Notes: generated from the sequence alone by a model not told the origin. Shown: positions 19,489 through 30,587, counted from the first letter of the stretch. The stretch: 64,000 nucleotides of DNA from Pseudomonadota bacterium (GCA_041178425.1 JBEGVH010000010.1:32001-96000), one strand, 5' to 3'. A program made the numbers and translations.

Positions 19489-20274
19489 TTAAACAACATC
19501 GAGCTCACCTGAGCTCAACACTTGATTAAGTTTGACTCTTAATCTTTGAACCGCTTGAGCGTGTAATTGGGAAACACGGCTTTCGGTGACCCTCAAAACT
19601 TGCCCAATTTCTTTGAGGCTCAACTCTTCGTAATAATAAAGCGAGAGCACCATTTTTTGTCTCTCGGGCAATTCTTCTATTGATTTGGCGACAACATCTT
19701 TAACCAGCTTAATATTGAGCTGATTAAAGGGGCTCGCTAGTTTACAACCCTCTAATATATTAAGAATAGATTTTTTATCATAATCGCTAAACGAAGGTGA
19801 TTCATCGATCGACAATAAACTCACAGGCTTTGTTTGGTTAATGAGGTCATGATATTGCTCAACACTAATACCTAGCGCTGTCGCCATTTCTTCGTCAGTC
19901 ACCTCACGACCAAACTCTGCTGATAACTGAATTTGCTTACGATCGATTAGCTTTGCCTTATCGCGCACTGATCGCGGGATCCAATCTTGAGAGCGAAGCT
20001 CATCTAAGATGGCTCCTCTGATTCTAAACTCCGCATAGGTTTTAAATTTGTTGTCTCTGCTCGGGTCGTACTTCTCGATCGCATCCATTAACCCAATAAC
20101 GCCAGCAGAAATTAAATCATCTAACTCAATATTTGCAGGAAGTCGGACTGCGATTTTCTGTGCGATAAATCGGATTAGAGGGGAGTATTCCATGATTAGA
20201 CGGTCTTTCTGCTGAGCTGTCAGACGAGACGGGTCTTCTTTGTATTTTTTCAAAAGCGCCGAATGCTTTGACAT
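19489..20274 (-). CDS. fliA: RNA polymerase sigma28 factor FliA/WhiG
   Basis: DLISAGVIGL, RIRGAILDELRSQDW and LSLKEIG.VL.VTESRVSQLH; ATG at 20274 with a GGGGAG RBS. Confidence 0.96.
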   Translation of the reverse strand: MSKHSALLKKYKEDPSRLTAQQKDRLIMEYSPLIRFIAQKIAVRLPANIELDDLISAGVIGLMDAIEKYDPSRDNKFKTYAEFRIRGAILDELRSQDWIPRSVRDKAKLIDRKQIQLSAEFGREVTDEEMATALGISVEQYHDLINQTKPVSLLSIDESPSFSDYDKKSILNILEGCKLASPFNQLNIKLVKDVVAKSIEELPERQKMVLSLYYYEELSLKEIGQVLRVTESRVSQLHAQAVQRLRVKLNQVLSSGELDVV

Positions 20275-20368
20275 TAGTTTCTCCCCTAAGAGGAACAAAA
20301 ATTGATTTAGTTCCTCACACGTATTTCAAGATACCATTTTGAGAATTTCACTGAAAGTCCAATTAAAT

Positions 20369-21175
20369 TCATGCCACACCTACAACCTGCGACCAAAACA
20401 GCTGAAGGCCTTTTGACTGGCTAACTTCAGGACGATCGTCTAATACTTGGTCAGCAATTCCGCGAATGTTATCACCAACAGGATTGCGAATACGGTCTTT
20501 CATGATAAGCCGCCTGTGTAGGCTGGCTTTTCTTAGACCTTGCTCAAAGGGAATTGTTCCTAAGTAGTTCATGCCGACATTCAAAAAACGGTTTGTTACT
20601 TCTGAGAATCTTTTGAACAAGAGACTTCCTTCTTGTTCATCTCTAGTAAAATTACTAACGATTGAAAATTTCTGTACTCTGTGGCTTTGGTTCAAAACTT
20701 TAATTAGAGCATAGGCATCAGCAAAGCTTGATGGATCGGGCGTTATTATTACCACCGTCTGATCAACAGCCGCGTTCAGATAGAGCACGTGCTCTGCAAT
20801 TCCTGGTGCCGTATCTACTAGGAGATAGTCGTAGCGCTGAGACAGGTGATCCATGACATCAAGGAGATTTCTTCGTTCAAAAGAATTGATACTGTTCACC
20901 TCAATGAGACCACTCCCTCCCGGTACGAGGTCAACACCAGGCATGACTTTAGTAACAACGTTGTCGATGGATGCTTCACCTTTGATAACATCAATAATAT
21001 TCTTCTCTGGATTAGCACCAAAGAGGATATGTAGATTACCCATTCCAACATCACCATCAAAGAGCAGAACTTTATTTCCTCTCAAGGAAAGCTCTTGGGC
21101 CATGTTTGCTACCAATGTTGACTTTCCTACTCCACCTTTTCCAGATGTGATGCTAATGCTTTTAGTTCTACGCAT
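20369..21175 (-). CDS. flhG: MinD-like ATPase FlhG/FleN
   Basis: SGKGGVGKS, DTAPG and PSSFADAYALIK; located between flhF and fliA. Confidence 0.92.
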   Translation of the reverse strand: MRRTKSISITSGKGGVGKSTLVANMAQELSLRGNKVLLFDGDVGMGNLHILFGANPEKNIIDVIKGEASIDNVVTKVMPGVDLVPGGSGLIEVNSINSFERRNLLDVMDHLSQRYDYLLVDTAPGIAEHVLYLNAAVDQTVVIITPDPSSFADAYALIKVLNQSHRVQKFSIVSNFTRDEQEGSLLFKRFSEVTNRFLNVGMNYLGTIPFEQGLRKASLHRRLIMKDRIRNPVGDNIRGIADQVLDDRPEVSQSKGLQLFWSQVVGVA

Positions 21176-21186
21176 TTTCTTTCCTT

Positions 21187-22602
21187 TCAAAATAGATCCT
21201 GGTTGAAATTAAAATTAAGATGTTGTTCTGGGCCCTGGTTGAGGAGTAAATCGATGACTCGCTCTTTCGTTGCACGCTCGAAATCTTCCGGAACCCTTGG
21301 ACCTGTTCCAAATGAGTGGAAGGGTTTTCCCAGTGCCATTTGAAAGTTGATTAAAACTCCGTGCTGAAAAGACTCATCAAGGGCACTGAAAATGACATCA
21401 TCAAATCCAATCGATGAAAATCGCTTTCCAATTTCAATGGCATCTTGATCTTTTGAGACAGCCGAAATTACAAGGTGAACATGAGGCTGAAGATAGCCCG
21501 GTGGCAAAAGTTCTTTCAGCTTTTGCATTTCATCACCGATGCGAAAACGAACACCCGGCGTATCTATCAAAATCTTGTCAAAAGATCCCGACTCAGCCGA
21601 CACGACTTCCCACTGAGAGTAATCGTTGATGACCATGAAAGGAATATTGAGGATTTGCGCGTAAATCTTTAGTTGTTCTATAGAGCCAAATTTTTGTTGA
21701 TCCGCAGTTAAAATTGCCACGCGCTTTTGCTGGTTCAGTACAAGATCTGCAGCGTACTTAACGAGAGACGTTGTTTTGCCATGCCCACCCGCTCCCACGA
21801 AAACTTCGAATTTAGATTCTATATTACCCTCGGTAACGTCAATTCTCCGAATAAGTGCATTCGCAATAAGCGCATGAATAATACTGCTTTTTTTTGCTCC
21901 ATTCTCTGGCAAGCGTTCTTGAACTTCTTTAAGAATCTCAACCGCAATAGGAGAAGCTATTCCGACTCCCAACAACTTCTCATAGGAAGAGGCTAATTCA
22001 TACTTGAGACCAAATTCCGAACCTGGGTGTCCCTGAATAATGTTTTGTGGCACTTCTTTGAAGTTTTTGAAAATTTCACGCAAACCTTCGATTTCTTCTT
22101 TTAATGCATGGATTTCACGACTTCCACCCGAAGCTTTTTGCTCCTGCATTTCGCGCCATGCCTTTTGTGCTTCTTTTCTCAAACGATCGTTCGTTCCATT
22201 CGGCAAAACTGCGGGCTCTACATCGTCTTGAATATCGATGTAACGTTGTTTTCTATCGACCGGACCACTCGATTTGGCTTGAACCGGCTCCAGTCGCTCT
22301 CGAGGCTGAACTCTCGTCTCATTGCGCTCGATAGCTTTTTCGATCAGTTCACGGTGGGCCTTGGCTGAACCACGATGAACTTTCTCTCTTAAATTGGCAG
22401 GGATTCGTGACTCGGCCAATAATTTCTTTTGTAATTGTTCAGGTTTTATAGCGGCCGTTATTTCTACGCTTCCCTCACCGACAAGCCCATATCTTTTACT
22501 ATTATCTTTAGCGGCCATAATTATGGCCTCTGGCCCCATTTCGGATTTCACCAATTCGAGGGCTTCCTTCATTGATCGGGCTTCAAATTTTTTAACGACC
22601 AT
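21187..22602 (-). CDS. flhF: Flagellar biosynthesis SRP GTPase FlhF
   Basis: VKKFEARSMKEAL..VK.EMG N-terminus; G..GHGKTT, DTPG, LDE and GPRVPED. Confidence 0.93.
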   Translation of the reverse strand: MVVKKFEARSMKEALELVKSEMGPEAIIMAAKDNSKRYGLVGEGSVEITAAIKPEQLQKKLLAESRIPANLREKVHRGSAKAHRELIEKAIERNETRVQPRERLEPVQAKSSGPVDRKQRYIDIQDDVEPAVLPNGTNDRLRKEAQKAWREMQEQKASGGSREIHALKEEIEGLREIFKNFKEVPQNIIQGHPGSEFGLKYELASSYEKLLGVGIASPIAVEILKEVQERLPENGAKKSSIIHALIANALIRRIDVTEGNIESKFEVFVGAGGHGKTTSLVKYAADLVLNQQKRVAILTADQQKFGSIEQLKIYAQILNIPFMVINDYSQWEVVSAESGSFDKILIDTPGVRFRIGDEMQKLKELLPPGYLQPHVHLVISAVSKDQDAIEIGKRFSSIGFDDVIFSALDESFQHGVLINFQMALGKPFHSFGTGPRVPEDFERATKERVIDLLLNQGPEQHLNFNFNQDLF

Positions 22603-24691
22603 TGCTTAACTCCACGATTGCTATAGATTTAACGTTTACATCACTTGAAAGCTCACTGTGTGAGAGAACTACCAACTGGGGAATAAATCGATGTGTCAAC
22701 TTAAAGAGGTGCCGCCGAGCTGTGGGACTCGTTAGTAAAATTGGCTGACCGGCAATTTCGGGATGCATCTCAACCGAGCGAGCAATTTGAGAAATCATTT
22801 TTGAGGCCGTTTGAGGATCCATAACAAGTTGAACTCCTTGTTCTGTTTGCAGTAAGGAATTCGCAATCAAATCTTCCAAACCAGGATGCAATGACAACAC
22901 TGGGATGGTATTTTCTTCATTTCTATATTTAGACGAGATAGCTCGAGCCAAACTTTTTCGAACGGCTTCAGTGAGAACCTCGATATCTTTCGACTTGGTC
23001 GCTTCGTCGGCGAGTGTTTCAAAAATAGTGAGTAAATCTCGAATTGACACTTGTTCCTTAAGAAGACTCTGCAGCACTCGCACGACAGCCCCAAGAGGTA
23101 ACAAATCGGGAATGAGTTCTTCGACCACTTTTGGATGTGTCTTCTTGAAGTTTTCAACCAAAGTCGAGGCTTCTTGGCGACCGAGAAGTTCGTGCGCATG
23201 AGTTCGTACAACTTCTGTAATATGAGTGGCCATAACAGTTGGAAGGTCCACCACAGTATACCCGGAACTTTCAGCATCATCTTTGAGTGTTGGCGAGATC
23301 CAGATAGCATCAAGTCCGAAGGCTGGCTCTTTGGTTTTAATACCCGCGATGGGAGAAATAACAGTGCCAGGATCCATCGCCAAAAGAGCATCGGGGCGCA
23401 AGTCTCCGCCTGCGACTTTATTTCCTTTGATTAATAGCCTGTATTCACCGGGTTGAAGTTGTAGATTATCGCGAATGTGAATGCTTGGAACAACCACTCC
23501 AAGATCGAGAGCAAATTGCTTCCGGATTGATACAATCCTCTCGAGCAAGTCTCCTGATTGTTCTGAATCAACAATACTGATAAGTCCATAACCAACTTCC
23601 AACTCAATAAGATCCAACGGTAAGAGATTCTCTATGTTTTCTTTTACCGGAGCTTTCGCTACTTCTGCCTCCGTGCGCTTCTTAGTTTCTTTTTCCTCGA
23701 TCTGATATCTATTGATGAGCCATGAGATTCCACCAAGAAATCCACCGATCATAAAAAATGGAAAGGTAGGCAATCCTGGAATAATTCCAAGCAGCCCAAG
23801 AACGCCGCCCGTGATTCCAATTGCTCTGGGATTTATGAATAGCTGTCCGACGAGTTCAGATCCCATATTCTCGTCAGTACGCGAACTCCTGGTCACCACC
23901 ATACCAGCCGCAGTCGAAATGATGAGCGCTGGAATCTGGGCGAGCAAACCATCTCCGATGGTTAACATTGTATAGTTTTTGGCTGCCGTTGCGACATCGA
24001 GGTTCTTTTGAAGGACCCCAATCAAAAGTCCCCCAAGAACGTTAATCACTGTAATTAAAATTCCGGCAATAGCATCTCCACGCACGAACTTACTGGCACC
24101 ATCCATAGCCCCGTAAAAATCTGCCTCAGATTCAATTTCTTTTCTTCGACGTCGGGCCTCTTGGTCATTGATAACTCCGGCATTGAGGTCGGCGTCAATC
24201 GACATTTGTTTACCTGGCATAGCATCCAAGGTGAATCGAGCTGCCACTTCCGCCACGCGTCCAGCACCCTTTGTGATTACCACAAAGTTAATCACAACGA
24301 GAATCACGAAAACAACTAATCCAATGACGTAATTGTTTCCGATGACGAAATCACCGAAGGCATGAATGACCGCACCTGCAGCATTTGGTCCTTCGTGCCC
24401 TTTGGACAGAATCACTCTTGTAGTCGAGACGTTCAGAGCTAGGCGAAAGAGTGTTGTGATCAAGAGCAACGAAGGAAAAACACTAAATTCAAGGGCTTTA
24501 GTAATATAAATTGAAATCAAAAGAATAAGAATGCTGATTGCCAGTGAAAATGTAAGGGCAATGTCTAAAAAGAAGGCTGGCATTGGAATGATCATCACTG
24601 CCATGATACCAAGAAGACCGAATGCGATCAGAAGATCTGTATTCTTGGTGTACTTTTCAAATCGTTTGAGAAATTGGAATAATTGCTCCAT
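22592..24691 (-). CDS. flhA: Flagellar export protein FlhA
   Basis: RVAEVAARFTLDAMPGKQMSIDADL and FYGAMDGASKFVRGDA. Confidence 0.98.
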   Translation of the reverse strand: MEQLFQFLKRFEKYTKNTDLLIAFGLLGIMAVMIIPMPAFFLDIALTFSLAISILILLISIYITKALEFSVFPSLLLITTLFRLALNVSTTRVILSKGHEGPNAAGAVIHAFGDFVIGNNYVIGLVVFVILVVINFVVITKGAGRVAEVAARFTLDAMPGKQMSIDADLNAGVINDQEARRRRKEIESEADFYGAMDGASKFVRGDAIAGILITVINVLGGLLIGVLQKNLDVATAAKNYTMLTIGDGLLAQIPALIISTAAGMVVTRSSRTDENMGSELVGQLFINPRAIGITGGVLGLLGIIPGLPTFPFFMIGGFLGGISWLINRYQIEEKETKKRTEAEVAKAPVKENIENLLPLDLIELEVGYGLISIVDSEQSGDLLERIVSIRKQFALDLGVVVPSIHIRDNLQLQPGEYRLLIKGNKVAGGDLRPDALLAMDPGTVISPIAGIKTKEPAFGLDAIWISPTLKDDAESSGYTVVDLPTVMATHITEVVRTHAHELLGRQEASTLVENFKKTHPKVVEELIPDLLPLGAVVRVLQSLLKEQVSIRDLLTIFETLADEATKSKDIEVLTEAVRKSLARAISSKYRNEENTIPVLSLHPGLEDLIANSLLQTEQGVQLVMDPQTASKMISQIARSVEMHPEIAGQPILLTSPTARRHLFKLTHRFIPQLVVLSHSELSSDVNVKSIAIVELSNGR

Positions 24692-25756
24692 CTATCTTAG
24701 AGCCTTTCTTTTTAGTTTGTAGACGTAGGACAGTACTTCAGCTACTGCCTGAAATAGCTCACGCGGTATAAACTGACCGATTTTCATCGTTTTAAAAATC
24801 GTGCGTGCCAAAGGTTTGTTTTCAATCACCGGAACCCTATTATCTCGAGCGATTTCTTTTATCTTTTCAGCCACCAAATCAGCTCCCATCGCAACCACTC
24901 GGGGAGCTGGGTTGCCCTGATCGTATTGGATGGCTACGGCGATATGGGTAGGGTTGGTAACAACAAAGTCAGCCTTGGGTACGTCTTGCATCATGCGACG
25001 CTGAGCCGTTTCGCGCTGGATTCGGCGAATCCGAGATTTAATCATCGGATCCCCTTCTCGGCTTTTATGCTCTTCTTTGACTTCTTGCTTTGTCATCATC
25101 ATCTGCTTTTCTAAATCCCACCACTGGTAAAAATAGTCAGCCGCGGCAAGAACAAAGAAAAGTCCGGCCACAGACCCCAGAAGTTGTCCAACCTTCGCGG
25201 CCATATAACTGAGAATCGATTCGACCGACTGATCCATAAGGTGAACAATTGTTTTGAACTCGGACTTGAAGACAAGATAGATAACGAAGGCCACCATGAA
25301 GATTTTGACAAGAGCCTTGAGGGCCTCAACAACACTTTTCAGGCTGAAAATTCTTTTTAGACCACCGAGTGGATCAATTTTTTCGAGTTTTGGTGTAAGA
25401 GCATCTTCAACCTGCATAAAGCCGATCTGCACCACGATTGAAAAAACGGCAACAAACGACAGAACTATTCCAATAGGAAAAAAGATGAAGGCAATAGACT
25501 TTCCAGCTAACATCGTCATTTTTTTGACGTCATCTTGGGCTATAGATTGGAGAAGGCCCTCTACAAAAAAAACATTAAAGAGAGAAATGATCTGCTGAGT
25601 GAAATAACGACCAGCAAAATAGATCATAAAAAAACCAAAAAGTAGGACCATCGCAGAGCCTAGCTCTCGCGTCTGGGCGATTTGACCTCGCTTTTTAAAC
25701 TCTTCACGACGAGCTTGCGTTGCCTCTTCCGTCCTCTCGCCTGCTTCTTCAGCCAC
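24692..25756 (-). CDS. flhB: Flagellar export protein FlhB
   Basis: ERTEEAT, EGDP and the VTNPTH autocleavage motif. Confidence 0.97.
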   Translation of the reverse strand: MAEEAGERTEEATQARREEFKKRGQIAQTRELGSAMVLLFGFFMIYFAGRYFTQQIISLFNVFFVEGLLQSIAQDDVKKMTMLAGKSIAFIFFPIGIVLSFVAVFSIVVQIGFMQVEDALTPKLEKIDPLGGLKRIFSLKSVVEALKALVKIFMVAFVIYLVFKSEFKTIVHLMDQSVESILSYMAAKVGQLLGSVAGLFFVLAAADYFYQWWDLEKQMMMTKQEVKEEHKSREGDPMIKSRIRRIQRETAQRRMMQDVPKADFVVTNPTHIAVAIQYDQGNPAPRVVAMGADLVAEKIKEIARDNRVPVIENKPLARTIFKTMKIGQFIPRELFQAVAEVLSYVYKLKRKALR

Positions 25757-26539
25757 CTACATCTCCTTCATAATGCGGAACAGATTCTCCCCCATCTCCT
25801 TTTCCATTTCGTGAACTCCCTCGAGAAAAAAGGGCAGTGTCACAAAAATGACAAAAAGACCGATTATGATTGATAAATGCAAACTTGTGACCAACACGTT
25901 AATTTGAGGAACAACCCGACCAATGACCCCCATCGCAACCTGAGTTAGGAACATGGCAACCAGCACCGGAGCACTAATCTTAAGACCTAAGACGAGAATA
26001 TCAGACCCCATGGCTGCAACAGTTTTGACACCTTCCCACTTAATCATGTCAAAAGACATTGGAATCAGACGGAAGCTCTCATGCATTGCCATCAGTAAAA
26101 GGTGATGTCCGTTGAATCCTAAAAATAAAAGCATGGCGAGAGTAACTTGAAACTGTTCTAAAATATTCGATTGGGTACCCATGAGGGGATTAAACATTTG
26201 TGCAGCAGAGAGCCCCATCGCATTGCTGGTAATTTGCCCGGCAATGTTGATGGCCATAAAGTAAAAGCGAGCGATAGATCCTAAAATCAGTCCTATCATC
26301 ACCTCCCGAGCGGCAAGCCACAGAAAGCCGGAATTTAAATCATGAAGAAAACCCGAATTAATGGTTTTCACCGACGGAAACATTACCGTCGCTAAAATTA
26401 AAGATAAAAGCACTTTCGTCGAGTTAGGCACGGACTGAACCCCGAATATTGGAAAACTCGTTATGAGTGCAGTGATTCTCAAAAACGCGAGAATGAAAAG
26501 GAGCATCTCAATTTCGGACCACTGGTATACTGATGGCAT
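25757..26539 (-). CDS. fliR: Flagellar export protein FliR
   Basis: Hydrophobic protein with AGQ...MGL, GHH and GVIGRVVPQIN; operon position. Confidence 0.93.
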   Translation of the reverse strand: MPSVYQWSEIEMLLFILAFLRITALITSFPIFGVQSVPNSTKVLLSLILATVMFPSVKTINSGFLHDLNSGFLWLAAREVMIGLILGSIARFYFMAINIAGQITSNAMGLSAAQMFNPLMGTQSNILEQFQVTLAMLLFLGFNGHHLLLMAMHESFRLIPMSFDMIKWEGVKTVAAMGSDILVLGLKISAPVLVAMFLTQVAMGVIGRVVPQINVLVTSLHLSIIIGLFVIFVTLPFFLEGVHEMEKEMGENLFRIMKEM

Positions 26540-26548
26540 CCCAATTTC

Positions 26549-26821
26549 CTACTCTCTTACAAGCTCTGCTATTTGTTCAAAAAGATCCGTAGTGTAGTTG
26601 GTCAGCAGGTCAAGCATCCATGGACCTGCCAAAACAAGTACGATTCCAACAACTAACATTTTCGGTATAAAGCTCAATGTTGCTTCGTTAATTTGGGTGA
26701 GTGCTTGAAAGATACTAACCACAAGACCAATAACAAGCGTACTGATCAGAATAGGGGCGGCCACAAAAGCTGTCGTCTTTATAGCTTCTTGCGCTAATCG
26801 AAGCACAATATCTTCATTCAT
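26549..26821 (-). CDS. fliQ: Flagellar export protein FliQ
   Basis: GLVVSIFQALTQINEATLSFIPK. Confidence 0.96.
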   Translation of the reverse strand: MNEDIVLRLAQEAIKTTAFVAAPILISTLVIGLVVSIFQALTQINEATLSFIPKMLVVGIVLVLAGPWMLDLLTNYTTDLFEQIAELVRE

Positions 26822-26845
26822 TCCGATTCTCCAATCCTATTTGTT

Positions 26846-27628
26846 TCAGCCAAAGCTTTTTACCATCGATCCGATCAGTAGGCCCCAGCCATCAACAACA
26901 ATAAACAGCATTACTTTGAGGGGCAGTGAAATTACGGTTGGTGGCAACATCATCATTCCCATGGCCATCAGACTGCTCGCAGCAACCATATCAATAACTA
27001 AGAATGGCAAAAAAATAATAAAGCCGATCAAAAAAGCTGTTTTTAATTCGCTGACGATAAACGAAGGAATCAATACCATCGTTGGAACATCGGCCCTGGT
27101 TTTAGGACTCTCAATGCGCGAGAACTTAAGAAACAGGCTGAGGTCGCTATCTCGAGTTTGATTGAACATGAATCGACGGAGCGGTTTTATTGACACATCA
27201 AATGCCGCTTCTTGACTTATTTGCCCTTTTAAATAGGGCTGCAGACCTTTTTCATTAATTTCCGTCAGAGCTGGATTCATGACAAAAAAGGTGAGGAAAA
27301 GAGCTAAGCCGATAAGCAATTGATTTGGTGGCATTTGCTGCAGACCGAGTGCTTGTCGAAGAAAAGACAGAACAATTATAATGCGAGTAAACCCAGTCAT
27401 CATAATCAAAATCGCTGGGGCGAGCGTTAAAACTGTGAGCATCATCAAAATTCGAATGACGTTCACCATTTCACTTGGATTATCGACACTCTTAAATCCG
27501 AGATTAACGGTTGGAAGTGTGACTTGGGCGTTGGCAACTCCAGTTGTCAATAACAAGGCGATAAAACAGAAGATGGAAAAACTCAGAAACCCTAAAAATC
27601 GCCCTCTTAAACTCAGAGAGACGCTCAT
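26846..27628 (-). CDS. fliP: Flagellar export protein FliP
   Basis: FTRIIIVLSFLRQALG..Q.PPN, SELKTAF and MGMMMLPP. Confidence 0.97.
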   Translation of the reverse strand: MSVSLSLRGRFLGFLSFSIFCFIALLLTTGVANAQVTLPTVNLGFKSVDNPSEMVNVIRILMMLTVLTLAPAILIMMTGFTRIIIVLSFLRQALGLQQMPPNQLLIGLALFLTFFVMNPALTEINEKGLQPYLKGQISQEAAFDVSIKPLRRFMFNQTRDSDLSLFLKFSRIESPKTRADVPTMVLIPSFIVSELKTAFLIGFIIFLPFLVIDMVAASSLMAMGMMMLPPTVISLPLKVMLFIVVDGWGLLIGSMVKSFG

Positions 27629-28599
27629 ATCAATCTCCTTAAAAGAGGAATTTTCTTAGAGAAACTTGTTTTAACAGCAGGTCCAAAAGAAAATTCCTCG
27701 TCTAAAGCAACTTCACTCTCAACATCAGCTACTTTTTTTGACGCTTTAGGCTTTACCTTTTCTTCGAGGGCCTCCACAAAAGATTCATTCGAAATTTCAG
27801 GGAGATCTTCATCTAAAAGAGCAAGCGTCTTAATCAAGTTGATATTGTCTTCGGAGACTCCGAGAAGAAGCGACTCTCCAGCTACACGAATCACGAGAAG
27901 ACTTTTTTTGGGGCCAAGATGAAATTGAGTAAGTACCTTGATCTTCATGAGGGATTCCGGCCCGTTGACCATTTTACTACGATTCTTCAGCCACCAAATG
28001 AGATAGCCGCCCAAGAGGGTGACTCCCATAACCATGAATATGATTTTTCCGAAACCAGAGCTTTCGTTTGAGCGATTCGCTTTTTTATCAAAAAGTGGAA
28101 TCTCTTTTTCGTTTGACGCTTTTGTTTCAATCTTTACTGGTTCAATGCTGCTGAGATTCTGATTCTCTTTGACGGGAAGAGACTCAGCCAGAGAAGGCTT
28201 ACTCCAGATGGGTGGAAGAATCTCGACAATTAGGCTGTTGCCGGCAGCTTCCATAGTAAGATTCTCTTTCATTTGAGCGGCCTGCATATCCACGAAAGTA
28301 AACTGAACGGCAACCTGCTTATCTTTCGCTGCCACAATTCTAATATCATTGATATAAGAAACTGATGGCGATAATTCCGTCGAAGACTTTTTGTAGGTCG
28401 CCTCGGGGATCATAATCGTCATCGTCTTTTCTGCAAATTGTGGATTCAATTTTGAGGCGTCTACTCCTTGGTCAAAGAGCAACTCAAGCCTAATTACATC
28501 TTGCTCTCCAGAAGTACTTGCTGACAAAAGACGATTAAGGGCCCAACTGCTAGTTTGAAAAAAGAAAACAAGTAAAAAAATAATAACAAATTTATTCAT
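27625..28599 (-). CDS. fliO: FliO with an extended periplasmic N-terminal domain
   Basis: Signal peptide and TM segment, then LGPKKSLLVIRVAGESLLLGV (FliO core); located between fliN and fliP. Confidence 0.85.
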   Translation of the reverse strand: MNKFVIIFLLVFFFQTSSWALNRLLSASTSGEQDVIRLELLFDQGVDASKLNPQFAEKTMTIMIPEATYKKSSTELSPSVSYINDIRIVAAKDKQVAVQFTFVDMQAAQMKENLTMEAAGNSLIVEILPPIWSKPSLAESLPVKENQNLSSIEPVKIETKASNEKEIPLFDKKANRSNESSGFGKIIFMVMGVTLLGGYLIWWLKNRSKMVNGPESLMKIKVLTQFHLGPKKSLLVIRVAGESLLLGVSEDNINLIKTLALLDEDLPEISNESFVEALEEKVKPKASKKVADVESEVALDEEFSFGPAVKTSFSKKIPLLRRLI

Positions 28600-28620
28600 G
28601 TTGGCCCCCTACCCCATTTA

Positions 28621-28992
28621 CTAAGAAAGCTGCTCGACTCTTTCAGATTGCGAAATAATGTCAGTCAGCCGCACACCAAATTTCTCGTTCACAACAACTG
28701 CCTCACCCCGAGCAATGAGCTTATCGTTGACATAGACCTCAAGTGGCTCACCAGCCAACTTATTCAATTCGACGACACTTCCTTGGGCGAGATTAATTAA
28801 CTCTTTCACCGGCATTCGCGTTCGACCCAGCTCCACAGAAACTTTGAGTGGTATATCTAAGATCATCAGCAAGTTACGATCTTTAACCTCATCAGCAAAA
28901 TTCTGACCGCCTTCATTTGAACTACCAGCTGCCGCAGCCGCTGCGCTCTCTGCAGATAACTTTTCGGCTAAGTTGTCAAAACTATCTCCCAT
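28621..28992 (-). CDS. fliN: Flagellar motor switch protein FliN
   Basis: ILDIPL.VSVELGR, LAGEP and GEAVVVNEKFGVR. Confidence 0.96.
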   Translation of the reverse strand: MGDSFDNLAEKLSAESAAAAAAGSSNEGGQNFADEVKDRNLLMILDIPLKVSVELGRTRMPVKELINLAQGSVVELNKLAGEPLEVYVNDKLIARGEAVVVNEKFGVRLTDIISQSERVEQLS

Positions 28993-29004
28993 ATGAACCT
29001 CCGA

Positions 29005-30048
29005 TTAATTTTCAATGACTCTTGTTAATTGAACAGCAACAGATCCGTGATGAATACCATAGAGGCCCTTAAATTTCGGCACACCTTCTATTTGTAGATT
29101 AAATTCACCGCTAGCATCCTGATCCAACGGAATTACGTCTCCTACTTTAAGCTCCATCATTTCGGCCAAACTAATTTGGGACTCGCCAAGATTCACCTTG
29201 AGTTCAACGTTGGTTAGCATCAACTGTTCTTTAATAATTTGATACCAAAGTTTACGATCTGTTTGGTCAGACTCCACCTGAAAACCCGTCGAAAGCTTCT
29301 GCTTGATTGGCTCAATGGTAGCATAGGGAATCACTAGAGTGATTGTTCCGTTTGCATTCTCTAATTCAACATCAAAGGTTGTTGCAATCACCACATCCGT
29401 CGGAGGAACGATACCAACAAACTGTGGATTCACTTCGGTTCTCTGAAAACTGCAATCAATTTTTTCGATAGGAGCCCAGGCGGCTTCTAAATCTTCTATT
29501 GCGATGTCGACAATTTTTCTAACAATGGCTAGCTCGATTTGAGTAAAGTCTTTGCCTTCAATTTTTGTGTAGGGACGATCAGACCCTCCAAAAAAACTAT
29601 CAACGAGAGCATAGGCTAATTTGCTCTCGATCACTAACAGGGTCGATCCACGAAGAGCATTGAAACGCAGAACGCTCATACACGTCGGCATTGGAAGAGT
29701 GTTTACGAACTCTCCAAACTTTAAAAAGTCCGTACTTGCTAAATTCAATGTGGCAATCTTTCTGAGAGCCGAGGATAAGCTGATGCGAAAAGATCGCATG
29801 AATTTTTCGTAAATGACTTCAAGCTGAGGCAGTCTTCCACGAATAATTCTATCCTGGCTGGTGAGATCATAAACAACAACAACCTTGTCATCGGCTAACT
29901 GAGTGGAACCATTTCCCCCACCCTTTCCACTACCACCGCCCCCAGAAACACCTCCAAAGGAAGGCTTATTATTAAGAGCGCCCGTGTCTCCTTCAGAGAC
30001 TGCTGCCAACAAGGCATCAACTTCACTTTGGCTTAGTATTTGATTCAT
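29005..30048 (-). CDS. fliM: Flagellar motor switch protein FliM
   Basis: ILSQSEVDALL CheY-binding N-terminus; FGG; C-terminal SpoA domain. Confidence 0.96.
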   Translation of the reverse strand: MNQILSQSEVDALLAAVSEGDTGALNNKPSFGGVSGGGGSGKGGGNGSTQLADDKVVVVYDLTSQDRIIRGRLPQLEVIYEKFMRSFRISLSSALRKIATLNLASTDFLKFGEFVNTLPMPTCMSVLRFNALRGSTLLVIESKLAYALVDSFFGGSDRPYTKIEGKDFTQIELAIVRKIVDIAIEDLEAAWAPIEKIDCSFQRTEVNPQFVGIVPPTDVVIATTFDVELENANGTITLVIPYATIEPIKQKLSTGFQVESDQTDRKLWYQIIKEQLMLTNVELKVNLGESQISLAEMMELKVGDVIPLDQDASGEFNLQIEGVPKFKGLYGIHHGSVAVQLTRVIEN

Positions 30049-30059
30049 TTTTACCTCTC

Positions 30060-30587
30060 CTAATTATAAAGGAGTTCAGTGAAGTAAACTTTTTTAATTT
30101 TTCCTTTGGTTAGAAATCCGCTCACGGTATCTCGAACCTCATCACGTAATGCGTCTTTTCCCGCTTTATCCGCGAGAGATTCGTACGTTTTGCTTGAGAG
30201 AATAATAATGATAATGTCCCGGATCTGAGCAGAGCGGCCTTCGATTTCGTCTTTTACCTTTTCATTTTCGACCTCGAACTCCATGGTGACTCGCGCCAGA
30301 CGTCGCCCACGCGAGCCCGCAAGATTTACAACAAAAGGCTCCAGTCGAATCATTTCCTTAACAAAATTTCCTGTTTCTTTTGCTTCTTCGGCTTGTGCCT
30401 CGTGTTCTCCTTTAATAACATGCTCAATTTTAGGCTCAGCCGCTTCTTTCTTCTTACCCATATAAAGCATAAATCCTACGGCACCTACGATCGCCATATT
30501 GATTACAGATAGAATGATAAATAGCGTTGGTTTAGAACCTTTAGGTGCCTGACTGGCCCCTTGCGCTTCTGCTTTCTCCTCTGCCAC
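30060..30587 (-). CDS. fliL: Flagellar basal body protein FliL
   Basis: Single TM; LEPFVVNL, IRD and VYFT; first gene of the operon. Confidence 0.92.
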   Translation of the reverse strand: MAEEKAEAQGASQAPKGSKPTLFIILSVINMAIVGAVGFMLYMGKKKEAAEPKIEHVIKGEHEAQAEEAKETGNFVKEMIRLEPFVVNLAGSRGRRLARVTMEFEVENEKVKDEIEGRSAQIRDIIIIILSSKTYESLADKAGKDALRDEVRDTVSGFLTKGKIKKVYFTELLYN